This document shows, piece after piece, positions 26,911 through 36,792 of a stretch of DNA of 64,000 bases (positions are counted from its first letter, which is position 1; every line of letters starts with the position of its first letter). Below the pieces are notes generated by a model. The model ran no database searches. It was not told where the DNA came from and saw only the letters and a list, made by a program, of their open reading frames with translations. The stretch spans positions 537,649-601,648 of the forward strand of contig CANLUT010000001.1 in NCBI GenBank assembly GCA_947494335.1, in the 5' to 3' direction. The translations under genes and the position numbers were made by a program. The stretch is from Oligoflexales bacterium (GTDB lineage Bacteria > Bdellovibrionota_B > Oligoflexia > Oligoflexales > RGVZ01).

Positions 26911-27573
26911 ATGAAGAAAATTGCGGTGATTTTGAACGGGTGTGGACACAGGGATGGCTCTGAAATACATGAGGCTGTATTGACCCTTTGGGCTATTGAA
27001 AATGCAGGAGCAACTTGGGAGGCTCTTGCTTTGAACAAACCGCAGGCGAGAGTTTTAAATCATATGGATGGTCGACTTGAGACGGATGAACCGCCACGAA
27101 ATATGCTGAAAGAGTCCGCCCGAATTGCTCGAGGACGAATTCGAGATCTCCAAACTGCGAAAATTGAAGACTACGCTGCAGTCATCATTCCGGGTGGTAA
27201 TGGTACGGCTTCAAATCTGTGTGATTTTGCAGAGCAAGGTTCAAAGATGAGTGTGGTTCCAGAAGTGACAAAGTTTCTTGAAGCCGCCCAAAATAAAGGC
27301 AAGCCGATTGGTGCGGTGTGTATTGCTCCCATCATGCTCGCGAAGGTTTTCGGGGGTCAGGGCGTGAAGTTAACTTTGGGTTCTAGCGAAGGTGATGCGG
27401 CAAATGCTGCGCGGGCGTTTGGTGCCAGTGTTATAGCTTGCAAGGCGACCGAGTGTGTCGTCGATTCCGAGCTAAAAATCGTCACAACGCCCGCTTACAT
27501 GCTAGATGTTGGTGTGAATCAAATTGGTGAGGGTATCGCAAAGTTAACCAAGGAAATTATCCGGCTAATCTAG
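26911..27573 (+). CDS. elbB: ElbB-type DJ-1/PfpI family protein (glyoxalase III-like)
   Basis: MKKIAVILNGCGHRDGSEIHEAVLTLWAI..., IIPGGNG, CIAPIM and IVTTPAYM are co-linear with E. coli ElbB as I recall it. The ORF-track start 26677 runs antisense into the neighbouring gene. Confidence 0.85.
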   Translation: MKKIAVILNGCGHRDGSEIHEAVLTLWAIENAGATWEALALNKPQARVLNHMDGRLETDEPPRNMLKESARIARGRIRDLQTAKIEDYAAVIIPGGNGTASNLCDFAEQGSKMSVVPEVTKFLEAAQNKGKPIGAVCIAPIMLAKVFGGQGVKLTLGSSEGDAANAARAFGASVIACKATECVVDSELKIVTTPAYMLDVGVNQIGEGIAKLTKEIIRLI

Positions 27574-27676
27574 AGGTAAACACGATTGCCGATGATGTTC
27601 TTGTAACCGCTGTTGATTTGGCGGAAGGTTCGGCTATTCTGTTCCAAATGTGTTTTTTTATTTCCTGACTTTCAAA

Positions 27677-28009
27677 CTACTTTAGACAACCCGCCTTGCT
27701 AAATTCAGTTTCAAGGTTGACTTGTTGATCTGTGCAGACCAATCCATAACGCCAAAGATCATGCTTTCCGAAATCTTGTTCGCTCCAAATAATTTCCAAC
27801 GGAATCTGGCGTTCGCCAATGATCAAGGAAGCTTTGCTACCAACGGAAAACTGAGCAGAACATATGACGCCCATACCATGGGAACTTACGTCCAGAGGTT
27901 TCACGTCAACATCTTTACTATTGACGACGAGCCGTCCGGGCAAAAGACCCGTGAGTCGCTTCCGCTCACTGAGCCGGCGCTCTTTAAGTTTCAGTTGATA
28001 TGCTGGCAT
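27677..28009 (-). CDS. single-domain PilZ protein
   Basis: RRLSERKR (RxxxR) and DVSSHG (DxSxxG) 25 aa apart. ATG 28009 lies 7 nt after GGAAGGA. Confidence 0.75.
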   Translation of the reverse strand: MPAYQLKLKERRLSERKRLTGLLPGRLVVNSKDVDVKPLDVSSHGMGVICSAQFSVGSKASLIIGERQIPLEIIWSEQDFGKHDLWRYGLVCTDQQVNLETEFSKAGCLK

Positions 28010-28307
28010 GGCACCATCCTTCCGTACAAACTCGACTACAACCGTCAAAATAACTCCGCGCAACTCCCTACAAGCTAGGACATCGGTAAAAGGGCTTCAA
28101 GACTGAGAGAATCAATTAAGGACAATAATTACGGTAGTTTACAATGATAATTGGGTCCGTGCTTCTGGGCGTCAAATAGTGGCCATCAGCACTCCAGGGG
28201 AGTCTTCTCAGCTTTTAGGGGCGGAATTGGTTCATTAGCCCAATTTTTGTACAATATTATTAGGAGATTCGAGCACTCACCAAGTTTCTCAAACCGGGAG
28301 GTTTAGT

Positions 28308-29216
28308 ATGTTGGCACTATTTCCAGAGTTATCAGCATGCGCCAAAGCCAAAGATATCGAAAAACTTGCGATTCTGGTGCGAACCTATTTTGCCGGAGCC
28401 GACGCGACAAAGGCTCAGTTTGATGTGCTTTCGACCGTTCGACAATTTGGAATTCCCGTTGGGGTCGCTCCGATCAAATACTTTGGTGCTATTGCTGTGC
28501 GCGATGATGGTGGTGATATTCGGGCCAGTATACTGGTGCGCGAGAACCTTGAGGCTAGGCAGCAGCGCTTTATATTAGCCCATATTTTGGGTCATTTTTT
28601 GTTACAGATCCAACCACGACTAGCATCCAGTGATTGGCGAAGTTCCGGCTTCAAGGAGTTGATTGACCCCAGCCGCCGCTATGCTGTTGCTGAGGGGCTA
28701 AGTCATTTGTCAGCTGCAGATTTTGCAGCAGAAGATATGGCGGATCGATTTGCTGGTGCCTTGCTTATGCCGTCGGCAATGGTTAAGCGCGCGATGGAAA
28801 AATTGGGTGATGTGGTGAGAGTGGCAGCTTTTTTTGCAGTGGATCTTGATGTTCTGGAGCGTCGTTTAGAGGATATTGGGGTTGCTGATCATGCTGTCGC
28901 TGCGCAATCAAAGTTAAGATCAGGGGCTAAAGTTGCGACGCCTATTGACGTTCTAAATGAACTCGCCCATAGTGAGGTTCCGCGCGATGTTCCGCCTGAG
29001 CAGCTGATTCGTGATGTCAGTCAGCCGATGGCAGCCATGCCGCGTGCGGTGGCAGCGCATTCATACAGCGATGCTGCACAATCTGATTTAGCAACTGTAG
29101 CGGATGCGCCGACCCCCAAGCGGAAGCGAAAACCCGATCCGGGTGGATTGAAAGGCATGGATAGGATCCGGGAGCTGGCACGAAGAATGGACAAATTTGG
29201 TGACAAGTCAAAGTGA
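28308..29216 (+). CDS. ImmA/IrrE (M78)-like protein with altered zinc motif
   Basis: QRFILAHILGHFLL and DRFAGALLMP match the M78 layout, but HExxH reads HILGH (Glu to Ile). Disordered basic C-terminus with KRKRKPDPGG. Confidence 0.6.
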   Translation: MLALFPELSACAKAKDIEKLAILVRTYFAGADATKAQFDVLSTVRQFGIPVGVAPIKYFGAIAVRDDGGDIRASILVRENLEARQQRFILAHILGHFLLQIQPRLASSDWRSSGFKELIDPSRRYAVAEGLSHLSAADFAAEDMADRFAGALLMPSAMVKRAMEKLGDVVRVAAFFAVDLDVLERRLEDIGVADHAVAAQSKLRSGAKVATPIDVLNELAHSEVPRDVPPEQLIRDVSQPMAAMPRAVAAHSYSDAAQSDLATVADAPTPKRKRKPDPGGLKGMDRIRELARRMDKFGDKSK

Positions 29217-31179
29217 ACTAGATGATAGCCGGTTGTGGACGCCGTCGAAGACTCGCATCGATCAAAGTTTAATGCAGGTGTTCCTGCGCCATGTTGCTCA
29301 AAATGTTGACCCAAAAGTGAGTGATTGGTCGTCTTTGTATTCGTGGTCAACAGACTCTTACGCCGATTTCTGGCGAGAATTGTCATTTTTTGTTGATATA
29401 AAATTCAGTAGGCCTCCAAGCTCAATTTGTGCGCCCTCAGTCACCATGCGTGAAACGAGGTGGTTTGAGGGAGCGAGGCTTAATTTTGCTGAAAATATTT
29501 TACCTAAGCCCGATAGTCGCGAGGTCATGGTTGCCATTGCCGAGGGTGTTCCTGTGGAGCGGTGGACTGGCCTCAGGCTCTGGAACGATGTGGCTCAGTG
29601 CGCAGCAGCGTTGCGGCTTCTTGGAGTGGGTGAAAACGATCGCGTGGCAGGTGTGCTGATTAATGGTCCCGAGGCGGTCATATGTATGCTTGCGACAGCA
29701 TCCTTAGGAGCTATTTGGTCGTCATGCAGTCCCGATTTTGGTGCGAGAGGTATAGCAGATCGTCTGCAGCAGATTGAGCCAAAAGTTGTATTTGCAACTG
29801 ACAGTTATTCCTACGGCGGAAAGATTGTCAAAAATCTACAGCAGACGATTGATGCTCTGAAAGACTTGGCTGACGATCCTCGCGTGATTGCTGTGGATCA
29901 TTTCCACAGAGGTCGTGATGATTTCGCGGCGTTTCTCGCCTCATCAAAATTTCCGCGGAATGCAGATCAACCACAGCAGATTGACTTCGTGCCCAGGGGA
30001 TTTCAGGATCCGCAGTATATTTTGTTTAGTAGTGGTACCACGGGTCTTCCGAAATGTATTGTTCATGGCGTCGGCGGTACGCTTCTACAGCACAAAAAAG
30101 AGCTGATGCTTCACAGTGACCTTAGACCGAATGACACACTTTTTTATTTCACAACGTGTGGATGGATGATGTGGAACTGGATGGTATCTGCACTCGCGTG
30201 CGGTGCGCGGATTGTTGTGTTTGATGGAGCACCGGGATTTCCCGATGTATCACGTCTGTGGAACATTTGCCGTGACGAGCGCGTCACTCATTTTGGAACG
30301 AGTCCAAAATTTATTTCAGCGTGCATGCAGGCGAAGGATTTAATTACGGGAGATTCGCAGGGGGTCCCCGAATTGAGGACAGTTTTGTCGACTGGATCTC
30401 CCTTACTGCCGGCTCATTTTGAGTGGATTTATAAAAAGTTTCCTGACGTTCATTTGGCATCCATTAGCGGAGGCACGGATATCATCAGCTGTTTTATGCT
30501 GGGCAATCCGCTCTTACCAGTCTACGCAGGCGAAATTCAAGCGCCTGGGCTTGGTATGGCCATTGAGGGTTGGAACGACCACGCGGTTCCTGTCGTTGGC
30601 GAAAAAGCTGAGCTTGTCTGTGTCAAACCATTCGTGTCGATGCCTGTATACTTTTGGAAAGATCTCGACGGAACGCGCTACAAAAAAGCGTATTTTACTG
30701 CTTACGATGGCCGCGATGTTTGGCGCCATGGTGACTTTGTCGAGTTTACAGAGCGCGGCGGTGTCGTCGTTTATGGACGATCTGATGCCACCTTGAATCC
30801 AGGCGGTGTGCGCATTGGGACGGCTGAATTATATCGCGCCGTTGAAACTTTACCTTTTGTTACGGACTCTGTGGCAATTGGACAGCAAGTTGACGATGAC
30901 ACGCGAGTTGTTTTATTTGTGAAGCTGGCTGCGGGAAACGCTTGGAATCCAGAACTCTCTAATGTTATCAAAAAAACTATCCGTGAGTCCTTAACGCCTC
31001 GGCATGTTCCTGCGGTTATTCTCCCTGTGTCGGACATTCCCTACACGCGCAGTGGAAAAAAGGTAGAAATAGCTGTTACGCAAGTGATTCACGGTGAGGA
31101 TGTTCCAAATCAGGATGCCTTGGCTAACCCGGAATCGTTGCACGAATACCGCCAGCTGCGAGGGCACTTAAAAGTTTGA
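29197..31179 (+). CDS. acetoacetyl-CoA synthetase (acetoacetate-CoA ligase)
   Basis: 660 aa. N-terminal LWTPS... region and AMP-binding motif ILFSSGTTGLPKCIVH. The length and order match acetoacetate-CoA ligases. Overlaps the upstream gene by 20 nt. Confidence 0.8.
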   Translation: MVTSQSELDDSRLWTPSKTRIDQSLMQVFLRHVAQNVDPKVSDWSSLYSWSTDSYADFWRELSFFVDIKFSRPPSSICAPSVTMRETRWFEGARLNFAENILPKPDSREVMVAIAEGVPVERWTGLRLWNDVAQCAAALRLLGVGENDRVAGVLINGPEAVICMLATASLGAIWSSCSPDFGARGIADRLQQIEPKVVFATDSYSYGGKIVKNLQQTIDALKDLADDPRVIAVDHFHRGRDDFAAFLASSKFPRNADQPQQIDFVPRGFQDPQYILFSSGTTGLPKCIVHGVGGTLLQHKKELMLHSDLRPNDTLFYFTTCGWMMWNWMVSALACGARIVVFDGAPGFPDVSRLWNICRDERVTHFGTSPKFISACMQAKDLITGDSQGVPELRTVLSTGSPLLPAHFEWIYKKFPDVHLASISGGTDIISCFMLGNPLLPVYAGEIQAPGLGMAIEGWNDHAVPVVGEKAELVCVKPFVSMPVYFWKDLDGTRYKKAYFTAYDGRDVWRHGDFVEFTERGGVVVYGRSDATLNPGGVRIGTAELYRAVETLPFVTDSVAIGQQVDDDTRVVLFVKLAAGNAWNPELSNVIKKTIRESLTPRHVPAVILPVSDIPYTRSGKKVEIAVTQVIHGEDVPNQDALANPESLHEYRQLRGHLKV

Positions 31180-31363
31180 GTCACTCTGCATGCGGAACCT
31201 TCTGAAATCAGTTGTCCTAGCACGGACGAGTGGGTTGGCGGACTCCTAAGAATCCAATAAAATATGTTTAATTTCAATAAGTTATGCTAATCTTCTTATG
31301 CTTTGGCTGATCCATTCCGTTACGTCACGTGTCGGATCTGGGATCCGCAGCCTGGAGGAACCT

Positions 31364-31771
31364 ATGTCTAGTCAAATGCAAGAAGAAGCTCTTGGAGATG
31401 CACCCGAGTCAGCCGTCACTCAAGCGCCGCCTCGCACGGCTGTTGAGTTGCGGGTCGGGATGAAGACATTCGGCACGCGTCATTATTTGAATATGCTGAC
31501 AACAAACGTGTCAGCCAATGGCATGCTGCTACGTGTGGATGATCCCAAAGAAGTGGCACCATTTCAAAATAAAACACTTTTGGAACTCGTTTTTTATCCA
31601 GATGGTAAATATTTGGATCACGAGATTAAAGCGATGGGAGTCGTGGTGCGGTTTATCGTAACAAGCGGTAAGGACGCTCGCAAAGAACAATTTGGTGTCC
31701 GCGTTGTGGATGCTGCTGATGGTTATGAGGATTTGATTGGATCCATCATGAAAAGTCAGGAAGCCGCTTAG
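31364..31771 (+). CDS. PilZ-like small protein (degenerate N-terminal motif)
   Basis: NVSANG fits (D/N)xSxxG. The upstream Arg motif reads RTAVELR, not strict RxxxR. ATG 31364 follows GGAGGA. Confidence 0.55.
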   Translation: MSSQMQEEALGDAPESAVTQAPPRTAVELRVGMKTFGTRHYLNMLTTNVSANGMLLRVDDPKEVAPFQNKTLLELVFYPDGKYLDHEIKAMGVVVRFIVTSGKDARKEQFGVRVVDAADGYEDLIGSIMKSQEAA

Positions 31772-31772
31772 A

Positions 31773-32522
31773 TTAAATTTGATATTTATTAGGGTTGCCC
31801 CATGTCTCGTTTAGTCTCATGTCGAACGTATGAGACAGAGCGATGCGGCAATTTTTATCTTCATTCGGGCCATGCCAGGCCAATCGACCATTCTTCAAGA
31901 TAGTCATTGTGTCAGCAAAGCAAAGTGCAAGATCAATATCGTGTAGGCTCATGATAATGGTTTTACCTGACTTCGCTGCCTGACGAAGCTGCTGCATGAG
32001 TTCTACAGAGGCTTTTATATCCAGGGATCCGCAGGGTTCATCCAGAATCATGTAAGGGGTGTCGCTGGCGATGGACTTTGCTAGGTAGGTTTTTTTGCGC
32101 TCACCTAATGAAAGCGTTGTTACTGCGCGATGAAGTTTGTCGGTTAGCCCCATCGTTTCGGCAGCCTGGCGTACAACGTCATGGTCAATTTGGGATGGAT
32201 GACCTTGGTGGTGAGGCCAGCGTCCCCAAAGAATAATATCTTTTACCGTATATGCAAACGGTGAGTGATGCTCCGACTCGGTCCAGCTAACTTTGCTGGC
32301 CAACTCAAGTTCGTTTAGATCTCTGGCGGATTGGCCATCAATATCGATGGCACCCTCCACATGATGTTGAAGCTGACATAAGGCTTTAAGAAACGTTGTT
32401 TTACCGCTTCCATTGGGGCCGACGATGATGTGACATAGTCCCTTTGAGAACTGCGCTGAGATATCTTGGATGAGGTACGTAGTTTTTCGATTGCTAACGG
32501 AGAGATTTCTTGCGTCGATCAT
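31773..32522 (-). CDS. iron-chelate/heme/B12-type ABC ATPase (FecE/HmuV/BtuD-like)
   Basis: GPNGSGKTT, LSLGERKK, MILDEPCGSLD. ATGA overlap with the FecCD permease gene. Confidence 0.85.
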   Translation of the reverse strand: MIDARNLSVSNRKTTYLIQDISAQFSKGLCHIIVGPNGSGKTTFLKALCQLQHHVEGAIDIDGQSARDLNELELASKVSWTESEHHSPFAYTVKDIILWGRWPHHQGHPSQIDHDVVRQAAETMGLTDKLHRAVTTLSLGERKKTYLAKSIASDTPYMILDEPCGSLDIKASVELMQQLRQAAKSGKTIIMSLHDIDLALCFADTMTILKNGRLAWHGPNEDKNCRIALSHTFDMRLNETWGNPNKYQI

Positions 32523-33475
32523 GCATTCTCCTTGCGCCACAAGAGCCAAAGAAAATACGGCGCTCCTATGATCGTCGTGAGAATGCCGACATCCATGTCA
32601 ATAGGAGCTCTTGCCACGCGTGCAATCATGTCAGCGAAGACCGTCAAGCTTGCTCCAAAGAGCGCTGAAATGGGAATCAATAGCCGTAAATGGGGACCGA
32701 CAACAAGACGCGCAAAATGTGGGGCGATCAGACCAATAAATGGTAAAGCCCCGCCGACGCTCAGTGATAAACCAACAAGTAGTGAAATTAAAATCACTTG
32801 GGTGACACGCACTCGTTGTACGCGGATACCGATACTCTTGGCGCCGTCGTCTCCCATGGAGAGAGCGTCGAGGGTTGGCGCTTGAAACCATGCAATCAAA
32901 CCGATCAAAACTGATCCTGAGCCGATCACCGCGGCATGGGACCAAGTTCGGGCGGAGAAGCTTCCCATCAGCCAGTGGTAGAGAGACATTCCATTGCCTC
33001 GTTCCATCAATATTCCGACGCAGAGAGCCGTACCAGCCGCCAAAAGTGCGTTCATGGCAAATCCACCCAAGAGCAGATGGCCTAGACCGCCGTGACCATT
33101 TATGGAAAATCCCATGAATGTGATCGCAATCATCATCGCTGCGGCGGCGCCTATGGATGTATAAATATAAGGGTGTTGCAGTGTTGTTGTGTCATTAGTT
33201 GAAGCCGTCATCAGCGTGGCTAAGGCCAGAGCAAATGCGGCACCAGACTCAGTTCCAGTTATTGATGGTGAGGCCAAGGCATTGCGGAAAAGTGATTGGC
33301 TCAGAGCTCCAGCCACCGCAACGGCAGCGCCTGAAAATAGTGCGGTCACCACCCTTGGTAGACGCACCGCCCACAAAATGTCCGCGCCTGGATTGAAGCC
33401 TGAAGCCCCCCATAAGGCGGCAAGAGCTGTGACAAAAATCAAAATGACTGTGGCTAAGAAAAAAACGCGTGACAT
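32519..33475 (-). CDS. FecCD-family ABC permease (BtuC/HmuU-like)
   Basis: RLPRVVTALFSGAAVAVAGALSQSLFRNALASPSITG and an overall 9-10 TM layout typical of FecCD. Confidence 0.85.
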   Translation of the reverse strand: MSRVFFLATVILIFVTALAALWGASGFNPGADILWAVRLPRVVTALFSGAAVAVAGALSQSLFRNALASPSITGTESGAAFALALATLMTASTNDTTTLQHPYIYTSIGAAAAMMIAITFMGFSINGHGGLGHLLLGGFAMNALLAAGTALCVGILMERGNGMSLYHWLMGSFSARTWSHAAVIGSGSVLIGLIAWFQAPTLDALSMGDDGAKSIGIRVQRVRVTQVILISLLVGLSLSVGGALPFIGLIAPHFARLVVGPHLRLLIPISALFGASLTVFADMIARVARAPIDMDVGILTTIIGAPYFLWLLWRKENA

Positions 33476-33571
33476 TTCCCGACCATAGCATTTTTTACGC
33501 AGCAGCGGCCACTGGAAATCAAAGACGGGTTAAGCTTGCATTCGTGCCTCTTCCGACGCAAATTGTTGCGT

Positions 33572-34279
33572 ATGGAAACTAAAGACATTCAGCATGAGCG
33601 TCCCGTCAAACTTCACGTAAGCTGGCTTAAGAGGCTTAAAGGTGAGTTTGACGCACCCTACATGCAGAGTTTACGGGTATTTCTTCAGGCTCGAACTCAG
33701 GAAAAGGCCGTTATCTATCCTCAGCCATCCGAGTGGTTTTCTGCTTTCGACTCTGTGAATTTTGACGACGTCTCGGTTGTAATTTTAGGACAAGATCCCT
33801 ACCACGGTCCCGGTCAAGCTCATGGACTTTGCTTTAGCGTGCGCGAGGGCGTGTCGCTACCGCCAAGTTTAGTGAATATCTATAAAGAGCTTAAGGCCGA
33901 CCTTGGTATCCCTCCAGCAAAAACAGGCCACTTGCTACCTTGGGCCAAACAGGGTGTTCTGCTGCTCAATAGTGTTCTTACAGTGGAAGACGGTGCTGCT
34001 GGGTCTCATCAGGGGAAGGGCTGGGAGCTATTTACGGATACGGTCATTCACAAGTTGGCCGAGGAACGGGATGGTCTTGTTTTCGTGCTTTGGGGTGCTT
34101 ACGCGCAAAAGAAAGGCGCTTTCATAGATCGAAAGCGCCATTTCGTGATTGAGGCTCCTCATCCATCGCCGCTCAGTGCACACCGAGGTTTTTTTGGAAG
34201 CCGACCATTTTCAAAAATAAATGATTATTTACGCAAATCCGGGAAGCGGCCGATTGATTGGCAGCTTCCCAGTCCATGA
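33572..34279 (+). CDS. ung: uracil-DNA glycosylase
   Basis: VVILGQDPYHGPGQAHGLCFSV and HPSPLSA motifs. I prefer ATG 33572 to TTG 33536. Confidence 0.9.
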   Translation: METKDIQHERPVKLHVSWLKRLKGEFDAPYMQSLRVFLQARTQEKAVIYPQPSEWFSAFDSVNFDDVSVVILGQDPYHGPGQAHGLCFSVREGVSLPPSLVNIYKELKADLGIPPAKTGHLLPWAKQGVLLLNSVLTVEDGAAGSHQGKGWELFTDTVIHKLAEERDGLVFVLWGAYAQKKGAFIDRKRHFVIEAPHPSPLSAHRGFFGSRPFSKINDYLRKSGKRPIDWQLPSP

Positions 34280-34280
34280 C

Positions 34281-34760
34281 TCAGGAGCCAGACTCTTCGA
34301 GTTGCTGTGCAAGGTAGTTTTGAAGTCCAATATCCTTGATCGTGCTAAGTTGAGTCTCAAGCCAATCGGTGTGTTCCTCTTCGCTTACAAGAATCTTCTC
34401 GAGTAGGTCGCGCGTTCCATGATCACTGGCATCCCAGCAAAGCTCGATCGCCTTCTTGAGGCGTGGGATCGCTCTGTATTCAAGTGCAAGATCACTTTCT
34501 AGTTGCTCTTTTACAGTCTCGCCAATGTTTAACTTATCGAGTTTCTGCAAGTTAGGTAGGCCTTCAAGAAACAGGATGCGCTCTGTCAAAACGTCAGCGT
34601 GCTTCATCTCGTCGATCGATTCTTTGTAAATCTTGTGACCTAATTTCTTGTAGCCCCAGTTCTTGCACATCTTGGCGTGGAGAAAGTATTGGTTGATGGC
34701 GGTCAACTCGCCGGTAAGAATGTCATTCAACGCTGCAATAACTTTCGCATCACCCTTCAT
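34281..34760 (-). CDS. bfr: bacterioferritin
   Basis: [31 protein letters not shown]..., DEMKHAD (heme Met). AGGAG RBS before ATG 34760. Confidence 0.9.
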   Translation of the reverse strand: MKGDAKVIAALNDILTGELTAINQYFLHAKMCKNWGYKKLGHKIYKESIDEMKHADVLTERILFLEGLPNLQKLDKLNIGETVKEQLESDLALEYRAIPRLKKAIELCWDASDHGTRDLLEKILVSEEEHTDWLETQLSTIKDIGLQNYLAQQLEESGS

Positions 34761-34863
34761 AAGGTTCGCTCCTATAAAATGAGAACTACACAATACCCGC
34801 TCACATGCTAACAGACTCGGGCACTAAATGAATCTTAAATTTGATTGTCACACGTAGTATTGA

Positions 34864-36519
34864 CTAAAAATTATGCGTGCGATGCACGGGGACAAGTGTT
34901 ACCCCGCGGGTCCCTAATTCCTTTAAAATGTCACCCGGGACCTCGTCGGCGCCATACCGAAACGACCTTAGTCGAGGTAATGTCAGAATGAACTCCCAGT
35001 CCTTGATTTCTGGGTTTGCTGCAGCACTGACGGCCTCCAGGTTTTCTAGGCCCATCAGGGCTTCGATGGAGCGAAGTCGTCGATCATCTAAATTGATCTG
35101 ACGCTTAAGAGCAAGATCGCGACTTTTCCGGGCGAATTCGCCGGCGGCCAACAGATCGCGCAAAGTTAGAATGAGTGTCCGACGATCAGATCCAGCGGCA
35201 GCGCCGAGCTCCGCGATTTTTCGGTAATGAGTTTCGTCGATATTCTTGAGTTGAGTTTTTGCGCCAAACACCTGCATTTTCTTTGCAAGTCGCGAAAGGC
35301 TTTGGATGCTTGAAATGGCATTATTGCGCACATCAAGAATGTTCAAATGATCCAGTTGTTCTACGCCGCGCGTCGACCGTAATACGTTATCTGTGGCAAC
35401 GAGTGACGTGAGCTGCTTAGCGTGACGCAGCCAAGCCAGTTGATGGAGGTTTCGGTGTGACAGATCTAACGTCGTTGCGTTTTCTAAAAACTCTTTCAGC
35501 TTCATGCACTGATCTTTTGATATGTCAGCAGGGATATTTGCCACATCGAAAAGTTGCATCAGATCGTGGCGCGAGGCCTCTGTAAGATGGGGGCTTTGGC
35601 AGGCGTCAAGAAAGCTATTGTCCATCACAATGGTGTCATCATCAGTGGTAGCTGCTTGGGCTGTTTCACGAACGCAGAAGTCCGCTAGCACTGGATCATT
35701 GATCCTGTATTTCGCGGTCGAGCGCAGCCAGCAGAGGGACTCAGTGGCAAGGCCATAAGCTCCTGCTTCATAGTTGCTGGCACATGGCATTGGTCCTCGC
35801 GATGTGACGCCTAATAGAATCAGTTTTCTTCCAGAATCTTTTTCCAATGCAACTTCAGCAAATGCCGGACCACCGCTATCACCTGAGCATGCGTCGACAT
35901 CTTGATTGCCAGCATAGAGCTCAGCGCCTGTTCTGAATTTGATGGGTGTTTTTCCCTGTAACCGCATGCCGATTTTGGGTTCTTCGCCGTTGGTAGGTAA
36001 GGACAAAGATGAAAACCCGTAACCTGCGATGATGACAGATTTGATTGCATTTAATAGCGAGTTTGCGTGTGTGCGAGTCTCCGGTAGCTGAATGGGACTG
36101 ATTCCTGGCACGGGTCGAGTTAGTTTAATCCAGCCAAAATCATAAGCGCCTCTGTAGTCAGACCAAAACTTAGGATGAATCGCCGCGCGTTCAATGTCGT
36201 AAGTATTTTCAGTGGTCCGAGGTGTTGTTGTGGCGCCGGTAACAATTTTCAATGACGCTAAGGTCGTCGATTGCGGTCGGGTTGCCTTTTCCAGGCAGTG
36301 GGCTGCAGTCAAAACAAGGTCATCAGCAATTAAGGTCCCGGTGCAAATCGTTAGCTCATCACGAACAATGGCCACGACGGCATCCAATTGGCGATCATTG
36401 GAAGGGGAGCCTCCAATAATTTTTAAAGTCGATGGATCGGTTAAGCGAGCTTGGCCGCAGCCGCACAAAAAGAAGGCTATATTTAACGTGATTTTAATGA
36501 TCTGAGGGTGCCTACGCAT
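34864..36519 (-). CDS. secreted trypsin-like (S1) serine protease fused to C-terminal leucine-rich repeats
   Basis: IIGGSP..., TAAHC (His), GDSGGP (Ser). After about residue 330 there are repeated LxxLxLxxNxI units (LDLSHRNLHQL, LTSLVATDNVL, LNILDVRNNAISSI, LENLEAVSAA...). Signal/lipobox-like AFFLCGCG. Confidence 0.8.
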   Translation of the reverse strand: MRRHPQIIKITLNIAFFLCGCGQARLTDPSTLKIIGGSPSNDRQLDAVVAIVRDELTICTGTLIADDLVLTAAHCLEKATRPQSTTLASLKIVTGATTTPRTTENTYDIERAAIHPKFWSDYRGAYDFGWIKLTRPVPGISPIQLPETRTHANSLLNAIKSVIIAGYGFSSLSLPTNGEEPKIGMRLQGKTPIKFRTGAELYAGNQDVDACSGDSGGPAFAEVALEKDSGRKLILLGVTSRGPMPCASNYEAGAYGLATESLCWLRSTAKYRINDPVLADFCVRETAQAATTDDDTIVMDNSFLDACQSPHLTEASRHDLMQLFDVANIPADISKDQCMKLKEFLENATTLDLSHRNLHQLAWLRHAKQLTSLVATDNVLRSTRGVEQLDHLNILDVRNNAISSIQSLSRLAKKMQVFGAKTQLKNIDETHYRKIAELGAAAGSDRRTLILTLRDLLAAGEFARKSRDLALKRQINLDDRRLRSIEALMGLENLEAVSAAANPEIKDWEFILTLPRLRSFRYGADEVPGDILKELGTRGVTLVPVHRTHNF

Positions 36520-36545
36520 TAGGCACGATTAACAGAACTATTACA

Positions 36546-36746
36546 TCAGCTGCAAGGATTAATCCGGTGAGCTGATAATGATGGTTTGGCGGACTCTTTC
36601 TTGACGAGATCCCGGAGGTCGTTGGCGCATGCGCCGCAGCAGGTACTGGCTTCGCAGGACTGAACGATTTGCTTTAGCGTCTGCCCGGATTGGGCCATTT
36701 CCTTGACCTTGCGGTCTGAGACACCTTTACAGAGGCACAGAATCAT
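36546..36746 (-). CDS. bfd: bacterioferritin-associated ferredoxin
   Basis: MILCLCKGVS...STCCGAC shows the CxC...CxxC pattern. GGGAG RBS before ATG 36746. The 25 upstream codons of the ORF-track entry cover the promoter and Fur box. Confidence 0.8.
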   Translation of the reverse strand: MILCLCKGVSDRKVKEMAQSGQTLKQIVQSCEASTCCGACANDLRDLVKKESAKPSLSAHRINPCS

Positions 36747-36792
36747 GGGTTGAGCTCCCGATTTGGTATTCAACAAGCGATCGTGTGCACCA

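Noticed and set aside
34775-34793. Possible second Fur box just upstream of bfr (ataaaatgagaact...).
   Set aside because: Only about 10/19 positions match, with the right half absent, and it sits within 15-33 nt of the start codon. I treat it as not significant.
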